A DNA stretch of 64,000 bases, taken from an uncultured Arcanobacterium sp. (GTDB lineage Bacteria > Actinomycetota > Actinomycetes > Actinomycetales > Actinomycetaceae). The notes beneath the pieces are model-generated. The model worked only from the letters and a program-made list of their open reading frames with translations. It was not told the DNA's origin and searched no databases. The DNA lies in the NCBI GenBank assembly GCA_964403015.1, contig CAYOEJ010000005.1, positions 5,609 to 69,608 of the forward strand. The letters run 5' to 3'. The translations under genes were made by a program, and so were the position numbers. How positions within the stretch are numbered: position 1 is the first letter of the stretch; every line of letters starts with the position of its first letter. Below, one piece after another: positions 30,615-43,573 of the stretch.

Positions 30615-31568
30615 TTATTCGGTTTCGCCTCGTGCAAGCCTGCGTGCGATCACCGCACACACCATGAGTTGGATCTGGTGGAAGATAATTACCGGAACCG
30701 CAATCGCGCCGACTAGAGCGGGATCAAAGAGAGCCTTTGCCATAGGTAGACCTGTGGCAAGGCTCTTTTTTGAACCACACATCAGTACCACAATGCGCTC
30801 TGCCCGGGGCAACTTCAATGGCTTTCCAATAAACCATGTGGCAAGAAGCATGAGAACCAACAAGATGATCAGCACGACGAAAAGCACGGCGAAACCACCC
30901 ACGGTCACGGAACTCCAAGCTCCATCGTTTGTTGCTTTGACGACGGCCGAAAAGACCACCAAAATGATCGCCGTATAATCCACCGTTTTGGTCAGTGACC
31001 GATGGCTTCGAATCCAGTTTCCGACGAAGGGTTGGAGCAGCTGACCAACGATGAAGGGAAGGAGCAGCTTTAAAAGAACTGATTGGAATCCTCCTGTTGA
31101 CGCTCCTTCGACGTTCATGAAGAGGAGCACGAGCGCGGGCGTCAGAAACATGCCAAGGATGTTCGAGATCGTCGCAGCACACACCGCTCCTGCGATGTCT
31201 CCGCGGGCTATCGACACAAAGGTAACGGAGGATTGAACCGTTGACGGCAGCAGAGAAAGATAAAGCAGTCCCGTAGCAAATGAGATTCCGATGATGTCCC
31301 CGGTCAACCAATAAAGCGCGAATCCCAACAGGGGAAAGAGGACGTAGGTTGATACGAGAACGGCACCTTGGAGCCGAACGTTGCGCAACCCTCGCACGAC
31401 CTCGGAGGTCGGTAATCGCATGCCGTAGACCAAGAAGACTGCGCCAACACCTACGTCGGCAACAATGGAAAGTATGCGGGCGACGTCGTCGGATACGGGA
31501 AGAAAAAGGCCTGCAAGAAGGGCGACGACGATGCCGGTGATGAGAGGATCCGGCCGGAACTTAAGCAA
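30615..31568 (-). CDS. bile acid:sodium symporter (BASS/YfeH-like) family transporter
   Basis: 317-aa polytopic protein. The N-terminus LKFRPDPLITGIVVALLAG...VFLVYGMRL resembles YfeH-type BASS proteins. Confidence 0.75.
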   Translation of the reverse strand: MLKFRPDPLITGIVVALLAGLFLPVSDDVARILSIVADVGVGAVFLVYGMRLPTSEVVRGLRNVRLQGAVLVSTYVLFPLLGFALYWLTGDIIGISFATGLLYLSLLPSTVQSSVTFVSIARGDIAGAVCAATISNILGMFLTPALVLLFMNVEGASTGGFQSVLLKLLLPFIVGQLLQPFVGNWIRSHRSLTKTVDYTAIILVVFSAVVKATNDGAWSSVTVGGFAVLFVVLIILLVLMLLATWFIGKPLKLPRAERIVVLMCGSKKSLATGLPMAKALFDPALVGAIAVPVIIFHQIQLMVCAVIARRLARGETE

Positions 31569-31848
31569 GTTCGCTCCACGGGCCGAACACGGGCTTCCAG
31601 AGAGCTACGGTCGTCTGCACAATGAGTCCAGCAGAATTGAATGGATCGTCAACCAGGGCCTGAAGAGCTGCATCTTCCGAATCAGCTTGGACGATGAGAA
31701 GAGCGCCAGAATCTCCCAGTGGTCCGGATGCGAGAAGATCGCCGGCCTCAAATACGCCGCGAAGGAAGGCTCGGTGCTCGGGGCGGGTGGCGACGATATC
31801 ATCGAGACGCTCGGGATCATAGGAATAGGTGATTGCGTAGATGCTCAT
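31561..31848 (-). CDS. YciI-family protein
   Basis: MSIYAITYSYDP...RPEHRAFL...GDLLASGPL..GALLIV.A......AL...DPF. About 95 aa. Start trimmed to ATG 31848. Overlaps the downstream transporter start. Confidence 0.7.
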   Translation of the reverse strand: MSIYAITYSYDPERLDDIVATRPEHRAFLRGVFEAGDLLASGPLGDSGALLIVQADSEDAALQALVDDPFNSAGLIVQTTVALWKPVFGPWSELA

Positions 31849-31931
31849 GATGCCCATCTTAGAGTCGATGTGAGGAATCCGTCGACATCGTGCCATGGTT
31901 CTGGTCGGAGCCTGTCAGTAAGCTGGTAACG

Positions 31932-34799
31932 ATGCATGAACACATTCATATTCAAGGTGCGCGCGAGCACAATCTTCAAAACGTCACGCTCGATATTCCG
32001 CGTGACAAGATGGTGGTCTTTACCGGACTGTCGGGATCCGGAAAGTCGTCACTGGCATTCGACACCATCTTTGCCGAGGGACAACGCAGGTACGTCGAGT
32101 CCCTCTCTGCCTATGCTCGTCAGTTCCTTGGTCAAATGGATAAACCTGCCGTCGACTTCATTGAGGGGCTCTCGCCCGCCGTTTCGATCGATCAAAAGTC
32201 CACCAACCGGAACCCACGTTCCACTGTCGGCACGATTACCGAGGTGTATGACTACCTTCGCCTTCTTTTCGCACGCGCCGGAACGCAGTACTGTCCCGTC
32301 TGTGGCGAGCTGATTGAAGCACAGAGCGCCGAGCAGATTGTGGACCGCCTTCTCGAGCTAGAGGAAGGCACGCGATTCCAAATCCTCGCGCCAGTTATTC
32401 GCGGACGCAAGGGGGAGCACATCGAGCTCTTCAAGGATCTCGTGGCTCAGGGCTATTCTCGCGCACGCGTTGACGGGGAGATTAAGCGTCTCGAAGATAC
32501 TCCGCAGCTAGCCAAGACCAAGAAACATGACATCGACGTGGTGGTCGATCGTCTCGCCATCCGCGATGGCATCCGGAGCCGACTTAACGACTCTGTCGAG
32601 ACCGCACTCACGCTCGCCGAAGGTCTGGTTGTCGTTGAGTTTGTGGACCTGGACCACGACGCCCCCGGCAGGGAGCGCCGTTTCTCAGAGAAGCGCTCCT
32701 GCCCGAACAACCACGTTCTCGAACTCGAGGAAATCGAGCCGCGCACGTTCTCGTTTAACGCACCCTACGGTGCATGCTCGGAGTGCGATGGCATCGGCTT
32801 CAAGGTGCAAGTCTCCGCAGAGCTTGTGGTACCAGACGAGAGCCTTTCCATTAACGAGGGCGTGATTGTGCCGTGGTCAGTCACTGCGTCCTCAACGGCG
32901 CGCGATTACCACATGCGCCAACTCGCCGGACTCGGTGAGGAGATGGGTTTCTCTACGGACACGCCGTGGCAGGAGCTTCCTGAGCATGTGCGAGAAGCGA
33001 TCTTGCATGGCCACGACTACAAGGTCAAGGTCAAGTACAAGAACCGCTGGGGTCGCGAGAAGATCTACTCCACTGGCTTTGAAGGTGTACTTAATTTCGT
33101 TAAGCGCAAGCACGACGAGACGGATTCTGACTGGTCGAGAGACCGCTATGCAGGATTCATGCGCGAAGTGACATGCAGCGTGTGTGGGGGAGCGCGCCTG
33201 CGTCCAGAGGTATTGGCTGTGCGCGTCGGGGAGCTTAACATTGCCGAACTGACCGATCTGCCAATTATCGAGGCTCTCCAGTACCTCGAAGGTCTTGAGC
33301 TGGGAACGCGTCAAGCCAAGATCGCCAAGCAGGTACTCCGCGAGATTGTTGAAAGACTAACGTTTCTTGTGTCCGTGGGCCTGGACTACCTGACGCTGTC
33401 ACGTTCTGCTGGAACATTGTCCGGTGGTGAGGCTCAGCGCATTCGGCTTGCCACACAGATTGGCTCCGGACTTGTGGGCGTGCTGTACGTATTAGACGAG
33501 CCGTCCATCGGTCTGCACCAAAGGGACAACGAAAAGCTCCTCGACGCGCTTGAACGCCTTCGGGATCTCGGCAATACGCTCATCGTTGTTGAACACGATG
33601 AGGACACGATTCGGCAAGCCGATTGGGTTGTCGATATTGGACCAGGAGCTGGCGAACACGGTGGTCACATCGTGTACTCCGGTCCGCCCGAAGGCATTGT
33701 CAATCAGCCTGAGTCCATCACCGGCGCCTACCTTACGGGTGCTCGTGAGATTGCGGTTCCCAAGAAGCGCCGAAAGATCGATAAGAAGAATCAGATTGCG
33801 ATCACTGGCGCGAAGGAAAACAATCTTCAAAACGTGAGCGTCAAGTTCCCGGTGGGTGTTCTTACCGCAGTGACGGGCGTTTCCGGCTCCGGTAAGTCCT
33901 CGCTCATCAATACGATTCTTTATCGCGTGCTGGCGAATAAGCTCAACCGCGCTCGTTCATTGCCGGGCAAACACTCAACCGTCACCGGTCTTGACGAACT
34001 CGACAAGGTCGTTCACGTGGATCAGTCGCCGATCGGCAGAAGTCCGCGTTCCAACCCTGCTACGTACACCGGAATGTGGGATCCGATTCGCCGCATCTTC
34101 GCCGACACGCAAGAGGCAAAGGTTCGCGGCTACGGACCGGGCCGTTTCTCCTTCAACGTCAAGGGCGGACGATGTGAGTCCTGCTCTGGCGATGGTACAT
34201 TGAAGATCGAGATGAACTTCCTGCCCGACGTTTATGTACCCTGCGAAGTGTGTCAAGGTGCGCGCTACAATCGCGAAACTCTCGAGGTACATTACAAGGG
34301 CAAGAACGTGGCCGAAGTTCTCGATATGACGATTTCTGAGGCGCGCGAATTCTTCGCGAACGTTACCCGGATTAGCCGCTATCTCGAAATGCTCGAGCTC
34401 GTGGGCCTTGGATATGTGCGCCTTGGTCAGCCCGCCACGACGCTGTCCGGTGGCGAAGCTCAGCGAGTTAAGCTCGCTTCTGAGTTGCATCGTCGGTCCA
34501 CTGGTCGAACCGTTTACGTGCTCGATGAGCCGACCACCGGCCTTCACTTTGAAGACGTCCGTAAGCTTCTGAGCGTGCTCCAAGAGCTTACCGATAAGGG
34601 CAATACGGTCATCGTGATCGAGCACAATCTCGACATCATCAAGGCTGCAGACTGGGTTATCGATCTCGGACCGGAGGGCGGACGCGGGGGAGGCCTCGTC
34701 GTCGCCGAAGGAACCCCCGAAAAGATTGCCAAGACTGAAGAGTCGTATACCGGCCGCTACCTTCGTCCGATTCTCGAGAAGGCCGGTACGCTCAAGTAG
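31932..34799 (+). CDS. uvrA: excinuclease ABC subunit A
   Basis: Two ABC modules (GLSGSGKSS and GVSGSGKSS, with LSGGEAQR twice) and zinc-finger cysteines. Start set to ATG 31932 ([15 protein letters not shown]). Confidence 0.95.
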   Translation: MHEHIHIQGAREHNLQNVTLDIPRDKMVVFTGLSGSGKSSLAFDTIFAEGQRRYVESLSAYARQFLGQMDKPAVDFIEGLSPAVSIDQKSTNRNPRSTVGTITEVYDYLRLLFARAGTQYCPVCGELIEAQSAEQIVDRLLELEEGTRFQILAPVIRGRKGEHIELFKDLVAQGYSRARVDGEIKRLEDTPQLAKTKKHDIDVVVDRLAIRDGIRSRLNDSVETALTLAEGLVVVEFVDLDHDAPGRERRFSEKRSCPNNHVLELEEIEPRTFSFNAPYGACSECDGIGFKVQVSAELVVPDESLSINEGVIVPWSVTASSTARDYHMRQLAGLGEEMGFSTDTPWQELPEHVREAILHGHDYKVKVKYKNRWGREKIYSTGFEGVLNFVKRKHDETDSDWSRDRYAGFMREVTCSVCGGARLRPEVLAVRVGELNIAELTDLPIIEALQYLEGLELGTRQAKIAKQVLREIVERLTFLVSVGLDYLTLSRSAGTLSGGEAQRIRLATQIGSGLVGVLYVLDEPSIGLHQRDNEKLLDALERLRDLGNTLIVVEHDEDTIRQADWVVDIGPGAGEHGGHIVYSGPPEGIVNQPESITGAYLTGAREIAVPKKRRKIDKKNQIAITGAKENNLQNVSVKFPVGVLTAVTGVSGSGKSSLINTILYRVLANKLNRARSLPGKHSTVTGLDELDKVVHVDQSPIGRSPRSNPATYTGMWDPIRRIFADTQEAKVRGYGPGRFSFNVKGGRCESCSGDGTLKIEMNFLPDVYVPCEVCQGARYNRETLEVHYKGKNVAEVLDMTISEAREFFANVTRISRYLEMLELVGLGYVRLGQPATTLSGGEAQRVKLASELHRRSTGRTVYVLDEPTTGLHFEDVRKLLSVLQELTDKGNTVIVIEHNLDIIKAADWVIDLGPEGGRGGGLVVAEGTPEKIAKTEESYTGRYLRPILEKAGTLK

Positions 34800-34800
34800 T

Positions 34801-36798
34801 ATGGCTGACCCGCAGAGTTATCGCCCGCGAGATATCCCCGCCAACCCGGGCGTGTATCGTTTTATTGACGACGACGGCCGGATTGTTTACGTGGGCAAAG
34901 CAAAGTCCTTGCGGCAGCGGCTCTCGAACTACTTCCAGGATCCCGCCTTACTTCATCCCCGCACCCGCCAGATGGTCTTCACGGCATCGAACGTGCAGTG
35001 GGTTGTGGTGGGATCCGAAATCGAGGCCCTCACCCTCGAATATGCCTGGATCAAGGAATTCGCGCCGCGGTTCAACGTTATGTACCGTGACGACAAGTCC
35101 TATCCGTATCTCGCGGTCACGCTTTCGGAGGAGTTCCCTCGGGTGACAGTCACGCGAAATGCGCATCGGAAGGGCAATAAATATTACGGTCCTTATACGA
35201 AGGTCTGGGCAGTTCGAGAAAGCCTAGATCTTTTACTACGTGTGTTTCCGATGCGCTCGTGCACTGCGGGAGTGTTCAGAAATGCACAGCGGGCTGGGCG
35301 TCCATGCCTTAACGGCTATATCGATAAGTGTGCTGCACCCTGCGTGAATCGAGTGAGCGCTGAAGAGCATCGCGAAATCGCCTTGGACCTCACGCGATTT
35401 CTCGATGGAACGGGCGAAAAGCTGATCAATCAAAAGCTTTCCGAGATGCACGAGGCTGCTGCGGACAAGGATTTTGAGCGAGCCGCACGCCTGCGAGACG
35501 ACGCGGCTGCGCTGCGGACGATCGTCGAGAAGAACACGGTTGTGCTTGACTCCGACGTTGATGCAGATGTTTTTGGCCTAGAATCGGACGAACTCGAGGC
35601 CTCCGTACAGGTGTTCTACATTCGTGGTGGCCGAATCCGAGGTCAGCGTGGATGGGTGACAACAATCGAGGATCTCGATAGCCCCGGCCTCATCAATCAG
35701 CTCCTGCTTCAGGTGTATGGTTCCTACGCTCCCACTGTGACTCGAGCAAAGAAGCGAGCGGCACGATCGGTTGACGACGTCTCTCACGCAGAAACTAGTG
35801 CCGTTCCGCGCGAGGTCTGGGTGCCGGAGTTACCCAGTGACCTATCAGTGCTCACCGAGTGGTTGTCTGACCTTCGTGGCGGCCCGGTGAAGATTCGTGT
35901 TCCTCGCCGGGGTCTGAAAGCCCAGTTGGCCGATACCGTTCATACGAATGCCATGCAGGCGCTTCAACGGCACAAGCTTCAGCGGGCCGGCGACATCACC
36001 GAGCGTTCGCGCGCGCTCGAAGAGTTGCGAGAGGGGCTCGATCTTGACCGCGCGCCACTGCGGATTGAGTGCTACGACATTTCCCATACCCAGGGCACGA
36101 ACCAAGTTGGATCCATGGTGGTGTTTGAGGACGGGCTTGCAAAGAAATCTGATTACCGGCACTTCATCGTCCGTGGTCCGGACGGGAGCGGTGCGCGAGA
36201 CGATACTGCAGCGATGGATGAGGTATTGCGACGCCGGCTTAGCCGTCTCGCTCAGGGAGCGGCAGCTGACGACGCTTCGGATGACCAGCCGGTCGCTGGA
36301 GAAGTTGATGAATCCCAGCCACGCAGGTTCGCATACAGACCAGACCTCATCGTGGTCGATGGAGGCCTACCGCAGGTGAATGCCGCTCAGCGGGTTATTG
36401 ATGAGCTTGGCGCTGACCTAAAAGTCATCGGTCTGGCTAAACGCCTTGAGGAAATTTGGGTGCCGGGAGTCGAGTTCCCCGTCATCCTGTCGCGTTCTTC
36501 CCCCGCGCTGCGGTTGCTTCAGTTCCTCCGAGACGAATCGCACCGATTCGCGATCACCTTCCATAGGAAGAAGCGTTCATCGTCCATGACTCGTTCTGCC
36601 ATGGATGATATCCCTGGGCTTGGACCTGCAAAGCAAAAGGCCTTACTCAAGCATTTTGGCTCACTCGCTCGGATCAAGAAAGCCTCGCAAGCGGACCTCG
36701 AGCAGGTGCCGGGAATCGGACCTTCCATGGCGCGCACCATCATAGAAGCATTTCCTCAATCTGATGAGCCGGTGGACGAAAAGTCGCCAGAGGCGTGA
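34801..36798 (+). CDS. uvrC: excinuclease ABC subunit C
   Basis: GIY-YIG N-terminus (GVYRFIDDDGRIVYVGKAKSLRQR), a UVR domain and a C-terminal HhH. Start set to ATG 34801, directly after the uvrA stop. Confidence 0.95.
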   Translation: MADPQSYRPRDIPANPGVYRFIDDDGRIVYVGKAKSLRQRLSNYFQDPALLHPRTRQMVFTASNVQWVVVGSEIEALTLEYAWIKEFAPRFNVMYRDDKSYPYLAVTLSEEFPRVTVTRNAHRKGNKYYGPYTKVWAVRESLDLLLRVFPMRSCTAGVFRNAQRAGRPCLNGYIDKCAAPCVNRVSAEEHREIALDLTRFLDGTGEKLINQKLSEMHEAAADKDFERAARLRDDAAALRTIVEKNTVVLDSDVDADVFGLESDELEASVQVFYIRGGRIRGQRGWVTTIEDLDSPGLINQLLLQVYGSYAPTVTRAKKRAARSVDDVSHAETSAVPREVWVPELPSDLSVLTEWLSDLRGGPVKIRVPRRGLKAQLADTVHTNAMQALQRHKLQRAGDITERSRALEELREGLDLDRAPLRIECYDISHTQGTNQVGSMVVFEDGLAKKSDYRHFIVRGPDGSGARDDTAAMDEVLRRRLSRLAQGAAADDASDDQPVAGEVDESQPRRFAYRPDLIVVDGGLPQVNAAQRVIDELGADLKVIGLAKRLEEIWVPGVEFPVILSRSSPALRLLQFLRDESHRFAITFHRKKRSSSMTRSAMDDIPGLGPAKQKALLKHFGSLARIKKASQADLEQVPGIGPSMARTIIEAFPQSDEPVDEKSPEA

Positions 36799-36819
36799 CA
36801 AAACTGGCACGATGAAGAC

Positions 36820-37755
36820 ATGAGCAATATCAACGACACGGGCAATATTCCGATCGGGATACCAGACCTCGACTCCGAGGCTGAGCTACCTCATTTGGAG
36901 GTTCCCGAGATTCTGATTATCACCGGCATGTCCGGTGCGGGACGGAGCCGCGCGGCGGCAACGCTCGAGGATCTGGGCTGGTACGTCGTTGACAATCTGC
37001 CACCGCGTCTTCTTTCCGCCATGGCTGGCTTGATGACTCCTGCTGGCAGCGTGCGGCGTCTCGCCGTGGTTGTTGATGTGCGCTCTCGTGACTACTTCCA
37101 AGAACTTGTAGGAATCCTTGAGGGTTTGACCGCGGCGAAAGTCGAGTTCCGCGTTCTTTTCCTTGACGCTTCCGATCAGGTTCTTGTGCAACGCTACGAG
37201 TCCGTGCGACGCCCACACCCGTTGCAAGAAGGTGGGCGTCTCCTCGATGGCATTCATAAAGAACGAGATGTCCTTGCCCCGCTGAAGGATCTTGCGGACA
37301 TCTATATCGACACGTCCACGCTGTCAGTTCACGATCTTTCCCGAAAGATTCGCGGAAAAGTTGCAACAAGCGCAGATACGGACCTTCACCTGACAGTCAT
37401 GTCCTTCGGTTTCAAGTACGGCCTACCGCTAGACGCTGATCACGTTGCTGACGTGCGCTTTCTTCCCAATCCCTACTGGGTGACAGAACTTCGCAAACTT
37501 ACCGGCCGCGATGCGCCCGTGCGTAACTATGTGCTCGGAATTGATGGCGCTTTGGAATTTGTGGATAAGTACGTCGATCTCATCGCGCCTATCCTTGGGG
37601 GATACGTGCATGAGCTCAAACCGTATGTCACCATTGCCATCGGCTGCACGGGCGGAAAGCACCGCTCAGTTGCCATGTCGGAAGCGATATCGGAAAAGCT
37701 CCGCAAACTGGGGCACAATGTCCGCACTATTCACCGCGATTTAGGACGTGAGTAG
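36820..37755 (+). CDS. rapZ: RNase adapter protein RapZ
   Basis: ITGMSGAGRS P-loop and C-terminal GCTGGKHRSV motif. Confidence 0.9.
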   Translation: MSNINDTGNIPIGIPDLDSEAELPHLEVPEILIITGMSGAGRSRAAATLEDLGWYVVDNLPPRLLSAMAGLMTPAGSVRRLAVVVDVRSRDYFQELVGILEGLTAAKVEFRVLFLDASDQVLVQRYESVRRPHPLQEGGRLLDGIHKERDVLAPLKDLADIYIDTSTLSVHDLSRKIRGKVATSADTDLHLTVMSFGFKYGLPLDADHVADVRFLPNPYWVTELRKLTGRDAPVRNYVLGIDGALEFVDKYVDLIAPILGGYVHELKPYVTIAIGCTGGKHRSVAMSEAISEKLRKLGHNVRTIHRDLGRE

Positions 37756-38708
37756 TGTCCGTCTACGATGTCAACAGTGGCGCGCGGGGTGTGCGCGCCG
37801 TTGCGCTCGGTGGTGGCCACGGCCTTTATGCCTCGCTTTCAGCGCTCCGGCATCTCACCCGCAACATAACCGCGATAGTTACGGTGGCCGACGACGGCGG
37901 AAGCTCCGGACGGCTACGGCAGGAGATGGACGTTCTTCCTCCCGGAGATCTCCGCATGGCTTTGTCGGCACTGTGCGACGACGGCGAATGGGGGCAGACT
38001 TGGCGTGACGTCCTTCAGCATCGATTCCGCACAAACGGTCCGCTAGATGGCCATTCGGTGGGAAACCTCCTGATCGTTGCCGTGTGGGAGAAGCTCAAAG
38101 ATTCCGTAGATGGCCTCGATCTTATCGGCCGCCTACTCGATGTGAAGGGGCGCGTTATCCCGATGGCGGCAACGCCCCTTCGGATCGAGGCAGATGTTGT
38201 TTCTGAAGGGGAGAGGCGCACGGTCAGCGGCCAAGTCGCTGTAGCCAAGTGTCAGGCGACCATCGAAGACGTTCGCCTTGAACCTAAGAATCCACCTGCA
38301 CGTCCTGAAGCTATTACGGCAGTTAACGAGGCTGATTGGGTCATTTTCGGTCCCGGCTCATGGTTCACCTCGGTCCTTCCGCACCTGTTAGTGCCGGATC
38401 TTCACCAAGCGGTCAAGTCAACGGCGGCGCGAAAGATGCTCGTGCTCAATTTGGTCCCTGATTCAGAGACGGGTGCGATGAGCGCTGCGGATCACGTCCA
38501 CTCATTCCATAAGTATTCGCCAGATTTGAAACTAGACGTTATTCTGGTGGACTCAGACTCCATTACGGAGTGGGACGAGCTCAACGCTGCAGCGGAACTC
38601 TGTGGTGCGAAGATCGTCGCGAAAAGGCTCGCTATGACGGATGACGAGGCAAAGCATGATGCGCTTTTCCTCGCCGCTGCATATCGTGAGGTTTTCGGGG
38701 AATTCTAG
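37755..38708 (+). CDS. yvcK: YvcK/CofD-like gluconeogenesis factor
   Basis: LGGGHGL, VADDGGSSG and GPGSWFTS motifs. Conserved rapZ-yvcK-whiA order. Confidence 0.85.
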   Translation: MSVYDVNSGARGVRAVALGGGHGLYASLSALRHLTRNITAIVTVADDGGSSGRLRQEMDVLPPGDLRMALSALCDDGEWGQTWRDVLQHRFRTNGPLDGHSVGNLLIVAVWEKLKDSVDGLDLIGRLLDVKGRVIPMAATPLRIEADVVSEGERRTVSGQVAVAKCQATIEDVRLEPKNPPARPEAITAVNEADWVIFGPGSWFTSVLPHLLVPDLHQAVKSTAARKMLVLNLVPDSETGAMSAADHVHSFHKYSPDLKLDVILVDSDSITEWDELNAAAELCGAKIVAKRLAMTDDEAKHDALFLAAAYREVFGEF

Positions 38709-38794
38709 ATTGACTAAATGTGGACTACCCAGTTCACGGTAAGCTGGATAAGCGGGCATTTAGCTCGCGATTTTCTGTAGAGAGGACGAAGTGA

Positions 38795-39790
38795 ATGCCT
38801 GCATTGACTACATCCGTTAAGGATGAAATCTGCACGGTATATCCGGGCAATTCGTCGTCAATGGTTGCCGAAATCTCCACGATGTTTCGGTTTGCCGGCG
38901 GCCTACAGATCAACTCGGGCCTCGTCACACTTCAAGCTGAACTGACTCATCCAGGATCGGCTCGACACCTGTGGGAATTGCTGCGCAAGGTCTACAGCAT
39001 TGAGCCGGAAATCATTGCCGTGAAGAACAACATGCGTCATGGTAACCACTACATTGTTCGCGTCAGTCAGGACGGAGAACGTCTTGCCCGCAGGGTGGGT
39101 ATTCTCGACACCCAAGGGCGGCCGGTGAGAGGGCTTGCGCCACAGATCGTTGGAGGCAGCAAGGCGGATGCGAGCGCCGCGTGGCGCGGTGCATTCCTTG
39201 CGCGCGGCACTCTCATGGAGCCTGGGCGTAACGCTGCCCTCGAGGTTACCTGCCCCTCACTAGAGGCTGCATATGCGATCGGCGGTCTCGCTCGCCGTAT
39301 GGACATTCCTTATCGTGCCCGCCAATCTCGCGGTGCACACCGCGTTGATATTCGTGAGGGAGATGCAATCGCATCCATGCTCATCAGGATTGGCGGCCAT
39401 GATTCTGTCATTCGCTGGGAAGAGCTTCGCACCGAGCGTGAAGTTCACGGACATGCGAATAGGCTCGCGAATTTCGATGACGCTAATATGCGCAGGAGCG
39501 CCGACGCCGCCGTGGTGGCTGTTATTCGTGTCAAGCGCGCGTTCGAAATCCTCGGAGACGACATCCCAGATAACCTTCGCGAGGCTGGAAACTTCCGGAT
39601 CCAGTATCCCGAGGACTCATTGAACCTCCTTGGGGAGCGTCTGAATCCGGCTGCCACGAAGGATGCGGTGGCCGGCCGTCTTCGCCGTCTCAACACGATG
39701 GCGGATAAACGTGCAGCCGAACTCGGTATCCCCAACACGATGGATGCCGTGGACGAAGCCGAACGTGTATCAAAGCGCACACCTCGATAG
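38795..39790 (+). CDS. whiA: sporulation/cell-division transcription factor WhiA
   Basis: MPALTTSVKDEI start, LAGLIDADG-like middle region and a C-terminal HTH (KDAVAGRLRRL). Confidence 0.9.
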   Translation: MPALTTSVKDEICTVYPGNSSSMVAEISTMFRFAGGLQINSGLVTLQAELTHPGSARHLWELLRKVYSIEPEIIAVKNNMRHGNHYIVRVSQDGERLARRVGILDTQGRPVRGLAPQIVGGSKADASAAWRGAFLARGTLMEPGRNAALEVTCPSLEAAYAIGGLARRMDIPYRARQSRGAHRVDIREGDAIASMLIRIGGHDSVIRWEELRTEREVHGHANRLANFDDANMRRSADAAVVAVIRVKRAFEILGDDIPDNLREAGNFRIQYPEDSLNLLGERLNPAATKDAVAGRLRRLNTMADKRAAELGIPNTMDAVDEAERVSKRTPR

Positions 39791-39966
39791 GGGCCAAAGT
39801 CTCTCTTTCGTCTCAATGCACTCCGCTCACTGTGAAAAAGTGCGCTTGATCTGACCCGTAAATGCCCACACTGACTCTTTAACGGTAGAATCATTACGGA
39901 TCGAAAGACGAGCCCGAGAAGTGCTCGGTTCGGATTTCGTGAGATGCGGGGCGACCCGCTCAATGA

Positions 39967-41007
<1,041 letters not shown>

Positions 41008-41101
41008 GCTTCTAGCTAATGACTTCGCACAGGCCCGTGCATGCACCTCGCATGTGCGGGCCTGTGCACGAAAAGACTTCCCGTTCTAACAAAGGAGAAG
41101 A

Positions 41102-42295
41102 ATGAGGACCATTGATTCGCTCGGCGATCTCGCCGGCAAGAAAGTTTTCGTTCGATCGGACTTCAACGTTCCGCTCGATGACGATAAGAACATTACCGAC
41201 GACGGCCGCATCCGCGCCGCACTTCCCACCATTACCCGTCTCGCCGACGCCGGTGCGAAAGTTATCGTCTCGGCTCACCTCGGCCGCCCCAAGGGTCAGG
41301 TCAAGCCAGAATTTTCACTCGAACCAGTTGCAAAGCGTCTAGCCGAGCTTCTGGACAAGGATGTCAAGCTTGCGAAGGACACCGTAGGGGAGGACGCCAA
41401 GCGTCTCACCTCGGAGATGGAGGACGGCGACGTCGTCCTTCTCGAAAATGTTCGCTTTGATCCCCGTGAAGATTCCAAGACCGATTCTGAGCGCGAAGAG
41501 CTCGCCAAGGAATACGCAGCTCTCGCGGATGCGTTCGTATCCGATGGATTCGGCGTCGTCCACCGCAAGCAGGCCTCCGTTTACGATATCGCTAAGGAAC
41601 TGCCCTCGGCGGCAGGCGAACTCGTCTTCAAGGAGATCGACTCGCTGTCAAAGGCAACCACGAACCCTGAGCGTCCCTACACGGTCATCCTCGGTGGTTC
41701 CAAGGTTTCGGACAAGCTCGGTGTGATCGAGAACCTCATCGAGAAGGCCGATCGTCTTCTCATTGGTGGCGGCATGGCCTACACCTTCCTCAAGGCGCAG
41801 GGCCACGAGGTAGGATCCTCACTTCTTGAAGAGGATCAGGTCGATACGGCCAAGTCGTTCCTCGAGAAGGCCAAGGCTAAGGGCGTAGAGCTGATGCTTC
41901 CCACGGATAACGTGACAGCAGCAGAGTTCAAGGCGGATTCACCGGCCTCTGAGCATGCCTCGGATTCTATTCCTAGTGACGAGATGGGTCTGGACATCGG
42001 TCCTGAGACCGCCAAGGCATATGCACAAGCAATCTCAGACTCGAAGACCATCGTCTGGAACGGCCCCATGGGCGTATTCGAGTTTGACGCTTTCTCAAAG
42101 GGAACGCGCGCCGTTGCTGAGGCTATGCAGAACGCTGAAGGATTCACCATCGTCGGCGGTGGAGACTCCGCAGCAGCCGTTCGCACACTCGGTTTTGACG
42201 AAGAGAAGTTCAACCACATTTCCACCGGCGGTGGCGCCTCCCTCGAATACCTTGAGGGTAAGGAACTCCCCGGCATCGCAGTTTTGGAGGACTGA
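41102..42295 (+). CDS. pgk: phosphoglycerate kinase
   Basis: [11 protein letters not shown] and STGGGASLE. Confidence 0.95.
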   Translation: MRTIDSLGDLAGKKVFVRSDFNVPLDDDKNITDDGRIRAALPTITRLADAGAKVIVSAHLGRPKGQVKPEFSLEPVAKRLAELLDKDVKLAKDTVGEDAKRLTSEMEDGDVVLLENVRFDPREDSKTDSEREELAKEYAALADAFVSDGFGVVHRKQASVYDIAKELPSAAGELVFKEIDSLSKATTNPERPYTVILGGSKVSDKLGVIENLIEKADRLLIGGGMAYTFLKAQGHEVGSSLLEEDQVDTAKSFLEKAKAKGVELMLPTDNVTAAEFKADSPASEHASDSIPSDEMGLDIGPETAKAYAQAISDSKTIVWNGPMGVFEFDAFSKGTRAVAEAMQNAEGFTIVGGGDSAAAVRTLGFDEEKFNHISTGGGASLEYLEGKELPGIAVLED

Positions 42296-42298
42296 AAC

Positions 42299-43075
42299 AT
42301 GGCACGTACCCCAATTATGGCCGGTAACTGGAAGATGAACCTCGATCACCTCGAGGCAACCTCGCTAGTTCAAAAGCTTGCATGGACCCTCAAGGATCTC
42401 AAGCATGACTACGAGAACGTCGAGGTTGCGGTTATTCCACCGTTCACCGACATTCGCTCCGTACAGACCCTCGTGGATGCTGAGGAGTTCGATATCAAGT
42501 ACGGCGCCCAGGACGTCTCCGTACACGACTCCGGTGCATACACCGGCGAAGTCTCGACCGCAATGCTCTCCAAGCTCGGCGTCACCTACGTCGTCGTCGG
42601 CCACTCGGAGCGCCGCGAGTACCATGGCGAATCCAACGAGCTGATCGGCCAAAAGGCAAAGAAGGTTCTGGACGCTGGCATGACTCCGATCATGTGCTGC
42701 GGCGAGGCACTGGAGATCCGCAAGGAAGGCACGCACGTCGAGTACGTGCTCGGCCAGATTGATGAGATGCTCAAGGATCTTTCCGCGGAGGAAGTTGCCA
42801 AATCTATCATCGCCTATGAGCCCGTATGGGCCATTGGTACCGGTGAAGTTGCAACTCCCGAAGATGCGCAGGAGGTGTGCGGAGCTATCCGTAACCGGAT
42901 CGTCGAACTTTTCGACGACGCCACGGCCGAAGCTGTTCGCATTCAGTACGGCGGTTCCGTGAAGTCGGATAACGTCAAGGAGATCATGGCTAAGCCAGAC
43001 GTCGATGGCGCTCTGGTGGGCGGTGCATCCCTCAAGGCAGACGAGTTCGCAAAGATTGTGACCTACCAAGCCTAA
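42299..43075 (+). CDS. tpiA: triose-phosphate isomerase
   Basis: [17 protein letters not shown] and [11 protein letters not shown]. Confidence 0.95.
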   Translation: MARTPIMAGNWKMNLDHLEATSLVQKLAWTLKDLKHDYENVEVAVIPPFTDIRSVQTLVDAEEFDIKYGAQDVSVHDSGAYTGEVSTAMLSKLGVTYVVVGHSERREYHGESNELIGQKAKKVLDAGMTPIMCCGEALEIRKEGTHVEYVLGQIDEMLKDLSAEEVAKSIIAYEPVWAIGTGEVATPEDAQEVCGAIRNRIVELFDDATAEAVRIQYGGSVKSDNVKEIMAKPDVDGALVGGASLKADEFAKIVTYQA

Positions 43076-43082
43076 AATCACA

Positions 43083-43126
43083 GAAAGCGCGGTGCTATGG
43101 ATTTCATGGCCACCGCGCTTTCTTGT
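43083..43126 (+). terminator. intrinsic terminator after tpiA
   Basis: A perfect 12-bp stem GAAAGCGCGGTG...CACCGCGCTTTC followed by TTGT. Confidence 0.7.
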
Positions 43127-43158
43127 ACACTGATTCGGTACATACCTCGTAAGAAAAG

Positions 43159-43413
43159 TTGAGTCTCTTGGACGTTCTCCTCATTGTTTTCTCCGTGCTT
43201 CTCGTGATCTCGAGCCTTCTGCTTATCGGATCGATCCTTCTTCATAAGGGCCGAGGTGGCGGCATCTCAGACATGTTCGGCGGCGGCATCTCTACAGCGA
43301 TGCGCTCATCGGGCGTCGCTGAGCGCAACCTCAACCGCATCACGGTAGGCGTTGCACTCGTGTGGATCACCTCCGTGGTACTGATCGGACTCATAACGAA
43401 GGCGATGTACTAA
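43159..43413 (+). CDS. secG: preprotein translocase subunit SecG
   Basis: 84 aa with two TM segments flanking LHKGRGGGISDMFGGG. Usual position after tpiA. TTG start. Confidence 0.85.
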   Translation: MSLLDVLLIVFSVLLVISSLLLIGSILLHKGRGGGISDMFGGGISTAMRSSGVAERNLNRITVGVALVWITSVVLIGLITKAMY

Positions 43414-43425
43414 GAATTTTTGTAC

Positions 43426-43467
43426 AAAGAGGCGGGGAGCTCATGCTCCCCGCCTCTTTGCCGTTTC
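43426..43467 (+). terminator. intrinsic terminator after secG
   Basis: AAAGAGGCGGGGAGC-TCAT-GCTCCCCGCCTCTTT, a 15-bp stem, followed by GCCGTTTC. Confidence 0.8.
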
Positions 43468-43573
43468 TGCGATGTAGTGCGCATCTGACGCGCATCATCG
43501 GGCCCGCCTCTAGTGCATAACTAGCTGGCCCGCGAACTACCGCGGAACCCGATAATCGCCTCTCCGCTGTGGT

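Noticed and set aside
31932-34799. Internal sequence similarity ([12 protein letters not shown] versus [12 protein letters not shown], plus duplicated LSGGEAQR) as a repeat.
   Set aside because: This is the normal tandem ABC-module duplication inside UvrA.
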